The notes below the pieces were generated by a model. It worked only from the letters and a program-made list of their open reading frames with translations, had not been told where the DNA came from and did not search any database. Below, piece after piece: positions 21,497 to 31,966 of a DNA stretch of 64,000 nucleotides (positions within the stretch are counted from its first letter, which is position 1; every line of letters starts with the position of its first letter). The DNA lies in the sequence record NZ_CP049261.1, one strand, 5' to 3'. Origin of the DNA: a plasmid. Both the position numbers and the translations under genes were made by a program.

Positions 21497-22267
21497 TCAG
21501 AAGGTGTATGTCACTGCCAGCGCGGTGGTCGTCTGGTTACGTGTATGCACAATCGGGCTGTTGTCGGCTTTATCAGCAAGCCATGTGTAACCGGCGCTGA
21601 GGGTCGCGCCCCAGTGCGCATCAAACTGGTGGCTCCAGCTCAGGTTATTGCTGACGCCATAAAACCCGCCGCTGGTGCGGTAAGGCGTATAACCAGAGCG
21701 TGCGCTTTGCTGCGCATCGACCCCGTAAAAAGTATTGAGGTAGCGGCTGTCGCCGAAGAGGGCTGCCGACTCCAGTGCCAGCGTGTCAGCCTTGCTCTGG
21801 AAGGGCACCAGTGTGAACGATGTCTGATACTGCATGCCCTGGCTGTCGGTGAGCGGCAGTGTTGCCTGGCCTTCCAGCGTCAGCCACGGCGTGACCGACC
21901 AGCCGAGCGCGAGGCGGGTATTCAGCGCGGTTTTGATGTTGCCCATGCCTTTAAGCGAATCCGCTCCCTCGCGCCAGGCGCTGTTTTTCTCCCCGCGCCC
22001 CAGGCTCACGCCCAGTGAATGTTCAAACCACAGCCCGTTGTCGGTTTGCAGATCGTATCCGAGCCCCTTTTCCGTATCGAAAAAGAACGCGCCGTGCCTC
22101 GCCTGCACGACGGGAACTCCAGACCACGTATTATGATTGTCACCGCTGTAGCGGGGCGCATACTCCGCGGCTGCGCCCACCGTCAGGCTGTCCGGCGGAG
22201 GCTCCTGTGCGATGGCAATACCTGGCAACAGGATGAGCATGGACAGCGCCCGGTTTCGTATTATCAT
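21497..22267 (-). CDS. MipA/OmpV-family outer-membrane protein
   Basis: Signal peptide MIIRNRALSMLILLPGIAIAQ, C-terminal …ALAVTYTF beta-barrel signature; divergent from two-component system. Confidence 0.65.
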   Translation of the reverse strand: MIIRNRALSMLILLPGIAIAQEPPPDSLTVGAAAEYAPRYSGDNHNTWSGVPVVQARHGAFFFDTEKGLGYDLQTDNGLWFEHSLGVSLGRGEKNSAWREGADSLKGMGNIKTALNTRLALGWSVTPWLTLEGQATLPLTDSQGMQYQTSFTLVPFQSKADTLALESAALFGDSRYLNTFYGVDAQQSARSGYTPYRTSGGFYGVSNNLSWSHQFDAHWGATLSAGYTWLADKADNSPIVHTRNQTTTALAVTYTF

Positions 22268-22391
22268 CGTGTCTCCTTTTGGACGAGAGAATGTATGGCT
22301 GAACGGCTGGCTACCGTGTTCGACGCGCATTCTGGGCCACTCATATCAATGAACGGTCAGGAAACTGTTAAGAAACTGTCAAGGTGAACAG

Positions 22392-23084
22392 ATGACAACC
22401 AAAAGGGTACTTGTGATTGAGGATGACGCCGATGCCGCCAGCGTACTGGAGGCCTATCTGCGGCGTGAAAATTACGACGTGGCGATCGCGGGAGATGGTC
22501 GCAGCGGGCTTGAAAAAGCGCAACGCTGGAAACCGGATCTGGTGCTGCTGGATGTGATGCTGCCTGTCATGAACGGCACCGAAGTGCTGGCGACCCTGCG
22601 GCGCAGCAGCGATGTTCCGGTGATCATGGTGACGGCCATGGGCGATACGCCCGATCGCATCGGCGCGCTGCGCTACGGGGCCGATGATTATGTGGTGAAG
22701 CCTTATCATCCTGGCGAAGTGGTCGCGCGCGTGCAGGCGGTGCTGCGTCGGAGTTGCAAAGCACCGGTGCAGGACGAAATACTGCGCTGGGAAACGCTCA
22801 CCGTGGATACGGTCGCTATCACCGCGACGACAGACCGGGACGGCGTAACCACATACCTTGAGCTCACTCCCACTGAATTTTCTTTGCTTACCGAGCTGAT
22901 GCGCCATCCCACGCGTCCTTTTTCCCGTCAGTACCTGCTTGAGCGCTGCCTGCCGGAGAGCGAGGCGCTGGAACGCGTTGTCGACACGCACATCTATAAC
23001 CTGCGCAGAAAGCTTGAGAATAGCGGCCTGCGCGGGGTGCTGGTCAATGTGCGCGGCATCGGTTACCGGTTTCGCCAGCCATGA
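22392..23084 (+). CDS. OmpR-family response regulator
   Basis: Receiver domain (DD…D…K) + winged-helix C-terminus …GIGYRFRQP. Confidence 0.85.
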   Translation: MTTKRVLVIEDDADAASVLEAYLRRENYDVAIAGDGRSGLEKAQRWKPDLVLLDVMLPVMNGTEVLATLRRSSDVPVIMVTAMGDTPDRIGALRYGADDYVVKPYHPGEVVARVQAVLRRSCKAPVQDEILRWETLTVDTVAITATTDRDGVTTYLELTPTEFSLLTELMRHPTRPFSRQYLLERCLPESEALERVVDTHIYNLRRKLENSGLRGVLVNVRGIGYRFRQP

Positions 23085-24259
23085 ATAACCATCATCAGTC
23101 TCTCTGGCGCTGGATCTGCGGGCGCATAATTTCGCTCGCCGTCGGGACAGTTATCGTTATCGCCGTCTGCATGTGGCTGCGCTTCGCGGTGCAGAATTAC
23201 TGGAATCTGCACAGGATGCCGCCCGCGCTGCGTGACGAATTTCTCCGGCTGGTGGATAACCCGCAGGCCGATCCGGCGCGTTTTCATTACATCGTGGATA
23301 CCTGGTGGGGGCTGAATTACTCCACGCCCTCCATTGCTTCCGGCGACTGGCTCCTGCTTAGCGTGCTGGTGCTGGTCATGATCCCATTTATCGTTTTTAT
23401 GGGTCTGAAATATGCCCGCCCGCTGTCGGCTCAGTTCAGTCAGTTGCGGGAGGCGGCAGAAGAGGTGACGCAGGGCGAATTCGGTCGTCAGGCGGAGCTG
23501 GTCAGGGAAGCGCCTGCGGAAATGGTGCGTTTTGCGAGTGATTTCAATGCCATGACCCGCCAGCTCGCGCGGTATGAAAAAGAGCTGCGCGCCTCCCACG
23601 TGGCGATGGCCCATGAGTTGCGCTCGCCGCTTACCGCCGCGATGGGCCGCCTGCAGGGGATGCTGGACGGCGTTTTTCCGTCCGATCCGCAGCAGCTGGC
23701 GATGGTGATGAAGCAGCTTCAGTTGCTGAACCGTCTGACGGATGAGCTGCATCTCTTGTCGCTCGCCGACGCAGGGCAGTTGATCCTCGATCGTGAAGCG
23801 ATAAGCCTTGATGAACTGTTGCGCGAGCGCGCCGCCTGGCTGAAGCCGCAGGCTGACGCGGCAGGCATCAGCGTGATTATCCATGCCGCACCGGCGTCGC
23901 CGCTGTACGCCGATCCTCTGCGTCTCGGGCAGGTCTTTACGGTATTGATGGAAAACACGCTGCGCTATGGCAAACCTGGCGGGCGGCTCGATATTCGGCT
24001 GCACGCTACGGCAGAAGGCTACCGGATCGATTTTCAGGATGACGGGCCCGGCGTTGCGGAAAGTTTTCTGCCGGTAATGTTTGAGCGTTTTACCCGCGCG
24101 GAGACCTCTCGCGCCCGCCATTCTGGCGGCAGCGGGCTGGGGCTTTCTATCGCACGTGCAATCTGCCAGGCCCACGGCGGCGATATCCAGGCGGCACTGC
24201 CGGAAGGGGGCGGCTTATGGATCGGCGTGACGCTGCCCACTGTCGATGCCAGCCAATAA
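23081..24259 (+). CDS. Sensor histidine kinase (2 TM, HAMP, HisKA H-box ELRSPLT, HATPase_c)
   Basis: ATGA overlap with regulator; …MAHELRSPLTAAMGRLQ…, G-boxes GSGLGLSIA. Confidence 0.8.
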   Translation: MNNHHQSLWRWICGRIISLAVGTVIVIAVCMWLRFAVQNYWNLHRMPPALRDEFLRLVDNPQADPARFHYIVDTWWGLNYSTPSIASGDWLLLSVLVLVMIPFIVFMGLKYARPLSAQFSQLREAAEEVTQGEFGRQAELVREAPAEMVRFASDFNAMTRQLARYEKELRASHVAMAHELRSPLTAAMGRLQGMLDGVFPSDPQQLAMVMKQLQLLNRLTDELHLLSLADAGQLILDREAISLDELLRERAAWLKPQADAAGISVIIHAAPASPLYADPLRLGQVFTVLMENTLRYGKPGGRLDIRLHATAEGYRIDFQDDGPGVAESFLPVMFERFTRAETSRARHSGGSGLGLSIARAICQAHGGDIQAALPEGGGLWIGVTLPTVDASQ

Positions 24260-24352
24260 AAATTGCTGGCTTGATGGTTTCTTGACGCAAAAACGAACGA
24301 ATCTCGACGCAACCACGCTGAAATGACGCTGATTTCCTGAAGGAGCGGCGTC

Positions 24353-25501
24353 ATGTCCGAAGCATTCACCGATTATTTTCGTCATTGCGTGCAGCATCTT
24401 TTCCATGCGGCGCGTGCTTTTTCTTTCTTTGCCCTGCTACCCATTGTGGTACTGGCTGCGATCCTGCCACTCTTAACAGGCTGTGGCGACAATCATCAGA
24501 CCGACCGGCCCGCGCCGCCACGTCCGGTGCGGTATCTGGTTATCACAGCTTCCTCGCCTGCGCACGCTGACCTGCGCACAGGCGAGATCCGCGCCCATGA
24601 CGAAACCACCCTGAGCTTTCGTACCGATGGCAGACTCGCCAGCCGTGAAGTGGACATGGGTGCCACGGTTCACGCGGGGCAGTTGCTTGCCACGCTTGAG
24701 CGCGCCACCGGCGAAAACCAGCAGGCCAGCGCTGAGGCGGAGCGCCAGGGCGCGCAGGCGGCGGAGCGGGTGGCAGCGCTGAATCTTAAGCGTATGCAGA
24801 AGCTAATGCCGTCCGGCGCTATCGCCCAAAGCCAGCTCGACAGCGCGCGGGCGGACTGGCAGAGCGCCGTTGCGCGGCTGAAAAGCAGCGAGGCCGCGTT
24901 GCGTAACGCGCGTGAGAGCCTTGACTGGACGCAACTGGCGGCGCCTGCCGACGGCGTGATTACCAGCGTCAGCGCGTCGGCAGGGCAGGTGGTAAGCGCC
25001 GGGCAGAGCATCTTCACACTCGCTACCAGCCATGCGCGTGACGTCGTGCTGGATGTCAGCGATCCGCAGCGGTTTTCGCGCGCGATGCAGGCCCGGTGGC
25101 AAGTCGCCTCACTCACGGAGCCCGCCATCACCGCGACCGCCGTGCTGCGGGACATCAGTCCGCAGGCCGACCCGCAGACGCGCACCTGGCGAGTGCGGCT
25201 GATTTTAACGGATCCCCCTGACGCCATGGCGCTCGGCGCGAGCGTCACGGTAGCGCTCCCGCAAACGCAGACGCCGGGTTTTACCGTGCCCGCTTGCGCG
25301 CTCACCCGCCTGAATGGTCATCCGACGCTCTTTATCATCGATGCGCAACAGCGGGCGCAGCCGCGGCCAGTGACTATCGCGCAGTACACCTCAGACAGCG
25401 TCATCATCGCAGGCGGCGTGCGTCCTGGCGATAAAGTGATTGTGGCGGGCGTCAGTAAATTGCGCGCCGGTGAAAAGGTCATCCCTGGCGAGGCGATGTA
25501 A
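24353..25501 (+). CDS. RND efflux periplasmic adaptor (membrane fusion protein)
   Basis: Signal/lipobox-like LLTGCGD, coiled-coil, immediately followed by RND pump. Confidence 0.8.
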   Translation: MSEAFTDYFRHCVQHLFHAARAFSFFALLPIVVLAAILPLLTGCGDNHQTDRPAPPRPVRYLVITASSPAHADLRTGEIRAHDETTLSFRTDGRLASREVDMGATVHAGQLLATLERATGENQQASAEAERQGAQAAERVAALNLKRMQKLMPSGAIAQSQLDSARADWQSAVARLKSSEAALRNARESLDWTQLAAPADGVITSVSASAGQVVSAGQSIFTLATSHARDVVLDVSDPQRFSRAMQARWQVASLTEPAITATAVLRDISPQADPQTRTWRVRLILTDPPDAMALGASVTVALPQTQTPGFTVPACALTRLNGHPTLFIIDAQQRAQPRPVTIAQYTSDSVIIAGGVRPGDKVIVAGVSKLRAGEKVIPGEAM

Positions 25502-28500
25502 ATGAAACCGACCTTTAATCTCTCGGCGTGGGCGCTGGCGCACCAGCAACTGGTGAGTTTTTTTATGCTGCTGATTATCGCGACAGGCGTGCTCTGTTAC
25601 GAACAACTGCCGCGTAATGAAGATCCGGCTTTTACCATTAAAACCGCGGTTGTCTCGGCACGCTGGCCTGGCGCGTCGGTGACTGACACGACAAATCTGG
25701 TCACGGATGTGCTGGAGAAAAAGCTTCAGGAGATCCCCTGGCTTGATAACCTCGAAAGTGAAACCCGCGCCGGTACCGCTGTTATCAACGTCAACCTGCG
25801 CGACGACACGCCGCCGCAGGCAGTGCCGGGCATATGGAACACGCTTCGCAACCGCATGCAGGATATCGCTTCGTCGCTGCCGCAAGGCGTGCAGGGGCCC
25901 GTGGTGAATGATGAGTTTGACGACACCTTCGGCACGATTTATGGCTTTACCGCCGAAGGCTATTCCATGCAGGCGTTGCGCGAGCGGGTGGAGGCTATCC
26001 GGCGTGGGCTGATGTTGTTAAATGACGTGGGCAAAATTACGCTGCTCGGCGAGCCGCAGGAGCAGATAGTTATCGCCTTTTCTCCCCGCAAGCTCGCCGG
26101 GATGGGGCTTGATATAACAGAGGTGAGTGACGCCCTGAAGGCGCAGAATGCCGTCGAGCCCGCCGGAACGCTGCGCGCCGCAGGAGATAACATCGCGATC
26201 CGCGTCAGCGGCGCGCTCACCTCGGAGGAGAGCCTGCGCGCCGTGACGCTGCATATCAGTGGCCGCTACATTCCGCTGACCGATATCGCCACCGTGAGCC
26301 GCCAGCCTGCCGAGCCGCCTGTGCCGCAGTTTCGCGTGAACGGACAGCCTGCCATCGGGCTTGCGATTTCGATGGCACCCACTGGCAATATGCTGGATTT
26401 TGGCCAGGCGCTGAACGCGCGCATGGCGCAGAGCGCGGCGCAATTGCCGCACGGCATCGAGATGGTGAAAGTGGCCGATCAGTCCACTGTCGTGAGCGAG
26501 GCGGTAAGCGGCTTTGTCCATGTGCTGGTGGAGGCAGTGCTGATTGTTCTCGCGGTGTCATTTGTGTCGCTCGGCATGCGCGCCGGTCTGGTGGTGGCCG
26601 CCGCCATTCCGCTGGTGCTGGCGATGACGTTCGCAGGCATGATGCTGGCGGGCATCGGGCTACAGCGCATTTCACTCGGCGCGCTGATTATCGCCCTTGG
26701 TCTGCTGGTGGACGACGCCATGATCGCTGTCGAAACCATGGTGGCGCGACTGGAGGCGGGCGATTCTCGTCAACGCGCGGCGACCTGGGCTTTCAAAACC
26801 ACGGCGTTTCCGATGCTCACCGGCACGCTGGTGATGATTGCCGGATTTATTCCGGTTGGCTTTGCCGCCTCCAGCGCCGGGGAATATTGTTACTCGCTGT
26901 TCGTCGTGGTGGCAATCTCGCTGCTCTGTTCATGGGTGGTGGCGATCCTGTTTTCGCCACTGACCGGCACCTGGCTGCTGCCCGCACAGATCAAACGTCA
27001 TCACAACGAACCGGGCTGGCTGGCGCGCGGTTATCACAGAATTCTGCAACAGGCGTTGCGCCACCGGCTTGTGACGATAGGCGGCGCGCTGTTCGCGCTG
27101 GGGGTGTCGGTCTGGGGCACCACATTTATGCAGGGGGAGTTTTTCCCGGCCTCCGATCGCCCGGAACTCCTGGTGACCCTTTCGCTGCCCGCCAGCGCGT
27201 CACAGACGCAGACGCAAAACCAGGTGGAACGCCTGGAGCGTGCGCTACGCGGCAACACGAATATCGATCGCTATTCGGCGTATGTGGGCACCGGCGCGGT
27301 GCGCTTTTATCTGCCGATGGAGATCCTTCAGGACAATGAAAACACGGCGCAGCTGGTCGTTGTGGCAAAAGATCTTCAGGCGCGCGATCGCCTGCGTCGC
27401 CAGCTCGACACCCTGATGGCGACGCAGTTCAGCGATATCACCACCCGCGTATCGCCGCTGGAGCTAGGGCCACCGGTCGGCTGGCCGCTGAAATATCGCG
27501 TCAGTGGGCCGGACTATGCGCAGGTACAACGCCTCGCGCGGGCGCTTGCCGGTACGCTTGGCACATCGCCGCTGACGCGTGACGTGAACCTGACGGCGGG
27601 CGAGCCGGAGAGGGTCATTACGCTTGAGGTCAACCAGACGGCGGCGCGCGCCGTGGGCGTCTCCTCGCAGAGCCTGGCACAGTTACTGAACACGGTCTGG
27701 TCCGGCGCGACGGTCACCACAGTGCGCGATAACGACCGGCTGGTGGATGTTGTGCTGCGCGGCAACAATGCGGAACGGCGCGACATTGCCACGCTTTCTG
27801 CGCTGAGGGTGCCGACCGCGAGCGGCAGTAAAGTGCCGCTCAGCGAGGTGGCAACCCCCGTGTGGGGGCTGGACGATCCGGTTATCTGGCGTCATCAGCG
27901 GCTGCCGTTTATCACCGTGCAGACCGATCTCGCACCGGGGCTTCGCGCTGAAGCTACGGCTTTGGGACTGCGGCCTGCCATTGACGCATTCCGCGCGCGG
28001 GTGCCTGCGGGTTATCGCATCGAAGAGGCGGGCGCGGTGGCGGAATCAGATAAGGGCAACCGCTCGGTGTATCGCATGTTGCCGGTAACGCTCATCGTCA
28101 TGCTGGTGCTACTGATGATTCAGCTACGCCGCTTTTCACGCATGTTGCTGGCGCTGCTGATGGCTCCGTTCGGGCTACCGGGCGTGGTACTGGCGATGCT
28201 GCCCACCGGCACGCCGCTGGGGTTTGTCGCGCTGCTTGGGATTATCGCGCTGGCCGGAATGATCATCCGCAATGCGGTTATTCTGATAACGGAGGTCGAC
28301 GGCAATCTGCAACAGGGTATGGACGTCAACGCGGCGATTACCACCGCCGCACAGCACCGCGCCCGGCCCATTATGCTGACGGCCTGTGCGGCGATCCTCG
28401 GCATGATCCCGATTTCGCATCAGGTATTCTGGGGGCCGATGGCATTCGCCATTATCGGCGGGCTTATCGTCGCGACGGTGGTGACGCTGACCGTCCTGCC

Positions 28501-28552
28501 TGCGGCGTTCAGCCTGCTGCTTCAGCCGCGCCGGGGGCGCGCGTCAGAGTAG
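25502..28552 (+). CDS. RND efflux permease, AcrB/HAE1 superfamily (1016 aa)
   Basis: 12-TM + two large periplasmic loops; start directly after MFP stop. Confidence 0.9.
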   Translation: MKPTFNLSAWALAHQQLVSFFMLLIIATGVLCYEQLPRNEDPAFTIKTAVVSARWPGASVTDTTNLVTDVLEKKLQEIPWLDNLESETRAGTAVINVNLRDDTPPQAVPGIWNTLRNRMQDIASSLPQGVQGPVVNDEFDDTFGTIYGFTAEGYSMQALRERVEAIRRGLMLLNDVGKITLLGEPQEQIVIAFSPRKLAGMGLDITEVSDALKAQNAVEPAGTLRAAGDNIAIRVSGALTSEESLRAVTLHISGRYIPLTDIATVSRQPAEPPVPQFRVNGQPAIGLAISMAPTGNMLDFGQALNARMAQSAAQLPHGIEMVKVADQSTVVSEAVSGFVHVLVEAVLIVLAVSFVSLGMRAGLVVAAAIPLVLAMTFAGMMLAGIGLQRISLGALIIALGLLVDDAMIAVETMVARLEAGDSRQRAATWAFKTTAFPMLTGTLVMIAGFIPVGFAASSAGEYCYSLFVVVAISLLCSWVVAILFSPLTGTWLLPAQIKRHHNEPGWLARGYHRILQQALRHRLVTIGGALFALGVSVWGTTFMQGEFFPASDRPELLVTLSLPASASQTQTQNQVERLERALRGNTNIDRYSAYVGTGAVRFYLPMEILQDNENTAQLVVVAKDLQARDRLRRQLDTLMATQFSDITTRVSPLELGPPVGWPLKYRVSGPDYAQVQRLARALAGTLGTSPLTRDVNLTAGEPERVITLEVNQTAARAVGVSSQSLAQLLNTVWSGATVTTVRDNDRLVDVVLRGNNAERRDIATLSALRVPTASGSKVPLSEVATPVWGLDDPVIWRHQRLPFITVQTDLAPGLRAEATALGLRPAIDAFRARVPAGYRIEEAGAVAESDKGNRSVYRMLPVTLIVMLVLLMIQLRRFSRMLLALLMAPFGLPGVVLAMLPTGTPLGFVALLGIIALAGMIIRNAVILITEVDGNLQQGMDVNAAITTAAQHRARPIMLTACAAILGMIPISHQVFWGPMAFAIIGGLIVATVVTLTVLPAAFSLLLQPRRGRASE

Positions 28553-28900
28553 CGTGGTTTTTAAACCGAGAACCTGCCAGTCACCGTGGCGTTTAACCCA
28601 GGTGCGAAAGTGGTGAAACCGACCATTCAGCGGCTCACCGGCGTAAGTGCCGGTGATGACCACGCAGGTATCGATAATAATACAGTGCTCATCTTGCCGG
28701 GATTCAAAGGATTCACGCTCGATAGCCTGGATAGTAATGGCACCGCTGCTATGCAGGCCGATATCCTGCGCTTTGGTGACGCGCTGTCCGGCGTGATTGA
28801 TAAAGAGCAGATCGTCGGCGATTAACGCCGTAAGGGCCGCCACGTCAGAGTTTTTCATGGCGGTAAAGAGCGTATCTTCGAGTTGCAGCGGCAGGTTCAT
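28544..28900 (-). CDS. NTF2-like/SnoaL-like small protein
   Basis: 118 aa; fold guess from sequence only. Confidence 0.4.
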   Translation of the reverse strand: MNLPLQLEDTLFTAMKNSDVAALTALIADDLLFINHAGQRVTKAQDIGLHSSGAITIQAIERESFESRQDEHCIIIDTCVVITGTYAGEPLNGRFHHFRTWVKRHGDWQVLGLKTTLL

Positions 28901-28980
28901 GGCATTTTTCCTCAGGTCAGAAGTTACACTAACAGCCTGAGCCTGGCTGTAAACCCGTGGAAATTTGTAGGTATCTGCCT

Positions 28981-29424
28981 TCAGTGCGCCGCCATTACCT
29001 GCAGCAGCAGTTCCCGCGGGTAGATGGTGTCGGTCGTGTTAGTGAGGGCTTCTGCCGACCACCAGCGGTTATCGTGAATGATGCGCTTTTCGCTGGCGGT
29101 CCAGCCTGAAAAGTCGGTCTCTTCATGGTCAACGTGAATGATAAAAAAGCGCTCGTCGGCCAGTACCGTTTCGCCATTCGGTAACAGCATCGTAAAGGTG
29201 CGCCGCGCCACTTCCGGGCCGGAGGATGTGCGCACAATACCGGTTTCTTCCCGTAATTCACGTATCGCCGCCTCCTGGAAGGACTCTCCGTCTTCGACGC
29301 CGCCGCCCGGCGTCGCCCAGTAGGTGCGCCCGGCAAGCGCGTCGTCGCGGTGGGTAAAGCGAAACAGCAATAACCGGTGATCGGGGCTCATAATCAGCAG
29401 TCGTGAGGCGGGACGTGTGCGCAT
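28981..29424 (-). CDS. NUDIX hydrolase
   Basis: NUDIX box GGGVEDGESFQEAAIRELREETGI. Confidence 0.75.
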   Translation of the reverse strand: MRTRPASRLLIMSPDHRLLLFRFTHRDDALAGRTYWATPGGGVEDGESFQEAAIRELREETGIVRTSSGPEVARRTFTMLLPNGETVLADERFFIIHVDHEETDFSGWTASEKRIIHDNRWWSAEALTNTTDTIYPRELLLQVMAAH

Positions 29425-29573
29425 GACAGGGCCTTTTTATCAAGTGTTAACGCCGCAGCGAGTATACCGGAATGCACACACAGATTTTCCTGAACCCTTA
29501 ATATTGGCAGCCACGGTCAGCGCAGCGCTGTGTTAATTTAGTGGCATAAGTAAATACTCAACAGGAAAACCGA

Positions 29574-30059
29574 ATGAACAGGGATACGCTGGTTACGTTG
29601 CTGAAATATAAGCGTTGGGCCGATGCCGGAACGCTGGCGTCCGTCAAAGCCGTTGACGCCACGGCGCACCCGGAGAAGCGTCGCCTGATGCAGCGGCTGA
29701 TGAACCATATTTATGTGGTCGACCGCATTTTTCAGGCCAACCTGACGGGACAGGCGCACGGCTATACGGCGCTCAATACCCCGGAAACGCCGGATGTTGA
29801 AACACTGGAAACGACAATGCGCGACTGTGTGGACGGGTATATCGCCCACGTGAGCGCGATGAGCGAGGCGGATTTCGATGAGACCATTCGCTTTCGGTTT
29901 ACCGACGGTAGCCACGGCGAGATGAAAGCGCTTGATATGCTGAACCATATGCTTTTCCACGGCACCTATCACCGGGGCGCGGTCGGCTGGCTGGTTGCCG
30001 AATGCGGCGGCGTCGCGTTTAAGGATGTGCTGACGGTTTTCCTGCGCGATCATGCGTGA
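29574..30059 (+). CDS. DinB/YfiT-like metal-dependent hydrolase superfamily protein
   Basis: 161 aa, His triad pattern (H…H…H) typical of DinB_2. Confidence 0.6.
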   Translation: MNRDTLVTLLKYKRWADAGTLASVKAVDATAHPEKRRLMQRLMNHIYVVDRIFQANLTGQAHGYTALNTPETPDVETLETTMRDCVDGYIAHVSAMSEADFDETIRFRFTDGSHGEMKALDMLNHMLFHGTYHRGAVGWLVAECGGVAFKDVLTVFLRDHA

Positions 30060-30099
30060 TCCCAGGCCGCCCAACGGGGCGGCCACAGACTTACCGATG

Positions 30100-31001
30100 T
30101 TATTCAGCGGCCGCGGTTTCCGCCTCTGTCGTCACGCGTTTACCGATATCTTTCAGCTGTGAATACTTTTCCAGCAGTTGCGGCGCATCATCCAGACTCG
30201 TGACAAACATCCACATATACGTCATGACCGAATAGATATGCCCGGCGTTGATCGCGGCTGAGTGCGTCATCATCATCACCGTAAAGCTGAACAGCAGCGC
30301 GGCCAGCACGCCAATGGTGAAATATCCCATCGCTTCACGATCCGAAAGCGTGATGCGAAGCCTCGCCAGCAGCTGGTAATGCCGCTGCAGGGCGCGCGGC
30401 GCGGCGTGCGACACCATATCGATCTCTTTTTCAAGCCGGTTATTGAGCCTGCCGTAAAGCGCCTCATTGCGCCGGGTAAACCGCGTCAGAAAGCAGGCCA
30501 GCACGGCCAGGATGCCGAGACACGCCATCCCCGTCCAGAACTCAATCAGCAGCAGCATCACGGCGGCACCGGCCATGGACGCCACAGAGGTTATCAGCGT
30601 CGGCAGATGCAGCTCGAAGAAATCGACAAACTCTCTGGAGAGCGCGACCCGCGCCGCAATCGTCGAATGGTTAAGGCTTTTCTGCCGCTGCGCCAGCACC
30701 ACCGAGACGGCGAGGCCCGCATAAATACGGGCGAACGTGCGCGTATCGACACTACGCCGCGTCGCGCCCAGCAGCCAGATAAACAGCACCATCAGGCCGT
30801 AGAGCATCGCGTTCCAGACGTTGCCTGCCAGAATCGCGTTAATGCAGATCCCCGCCAGCACCGGGTAGAGCAGGTATGTGACGTTCTCGGCGATCACCAG
30901 AAAGAAGGTAAAAAGAGCTTTTTGCGGTGGCGTCGCGCCAGCGTTTTCAGCGTGCCGGCGGCGCTGGCAGTGGCAGGTGAGGTCGGGATATTTACGCTGT
31001 G
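30100..31001 (-). pseudogene. ABC-transporter-type six-TM membrane domain protein (no ATPase domain), N-terminus in different frame (indel near 30900)
   Basis: ORF 30100..30897 is TMD-like; upstream in-frame-shifted MKTHSVNIPTSPATASAAGTLKTLARRHRKKLF… fits an ABC TMD N-terminus. Confidence 0.4.
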
Positions 31002-31035
31002 CGTCTTCATGATTTCTGTTAATCTTCAGTTAGAG

Positions 31036-31077
31036 CATTTGCTCAAGTGGGGTGGGATGCTATTTGAGCAACTGCTC
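31036..31077. promoter_or_regulatory. Inverted repeat TTGCTCAA-N17-TTGAGCAA overlapping the TetR start codon (probable TetR operator) in 55-bp divergent intergenic region
   Basis: Read directly from sequence. Confidence 0.4.
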
Positions 31078-31668
31078 AAAGTCAATCAGAGAAAAGCAGA
31101 GCGGGCCTTTGTGAAAGAGAAAATCATTAATGCGGCGATCGCCTTGTTCATTGAACAGGGCATTGAAAACGTCAAAACGCGCGATCTGACGGAGCATCTG
31201 GGCATTTCGCGCAGCCATATCTATCACTATTTCAAAAACTGGCAGGCGCTGTGCGTGGAGTCGATTTCCACGTTTCTTGAGAATGAACTGAATGAATTTG
31301 TCTTGCGGACGGCATCGTTGCCCGCCCGCGAAAGGCTGAAAGCGTTTATCGAAGGGGTGATTTCCACCACGCCGGACCCGACCGCGAAGCTGTACGGCTC
31401 GCTGTGGCAGCTCGCGGCCCATAATGCTGAGTATGCGCAGTTAATGGAATCGATACTCGCGCGCTGGCATGACGCGCTGGTGGATATTCTCGCGGCGGGC
31501 GCGCAGGAAGGCGTGTTTCGCCCTGTCAATACCGCGCGTTTCGCAAGGCAGCTCGACGCCATGCTGTTCGGCTACAGCGATCATCTCTACACGCTGCCTT
31601 CTGATGACGCGCTCCGCCAGGCACAGGACGATATCGACGATTTTATCGGACAGAATTTGCTGGTGTAG
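31057..31668 (+). CDS. TetR/AcrR-family transcriptional regulator
   Basis: HTH …KTRDLTEHLGISRSHIYHYFKNW; true start inside long ORF 30262..31668. Confidence 0.8.
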   Translation: MLFEQLLKVNQRKAERAFVKEKIINAAIALFIEQGIENVKTRDLTEHLGISRSHIYHYFKNWQALCVESISTFLENELNEFVLRTASLPARERLKAFIEGVISTTPDPTAKLYGSLWQLAAHNAEYAQLMESILARWHDALVDILAAGAQEGVFRPVNTARFARQLDAMLFGYSDHLYTLPSDDALRQAQDDIDDFIGQNLLV

Positions 31669-31966
31669 CGGTGCCGGTCGCTTTCCATAAGCGGGCCTGA
31701 GGGTTGTGAAAATTCGGTAAACATGCACGTTCACACTCAGGCCTTTGTCACAAAACGGAAAACTGGCATTTTTTCATCCGGGCCTGTTCCCGTTCTGGGT
31801 GTGATTGTTAAATCTTTGTATATAAAAGCGCTATGGCTAACCGCTAAGCGATTGATGCATAAAACGCATCGGACGATGCGTTTATTACGCTTATTACCTC
31901 GATATTTCTGTTCCAGTCTTCAGTAAGAGACGCAACCACAAGCGTTAATGACAACTGGAGACATCA

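Noticed and set aside
23063-24175. 370-aa minus-strand ORF
   Set aside because: It is antisense to the histidine kinase gene and is a shadow ORF.
30262-31056. Long N-terminal extension of the TetR ORF (468 aa total)
   Set aside because: The extension is antisense to the ABC-6TM gene and is His/Arg-rich nonsense. The TetR gene starts at the internal ATG 31057.
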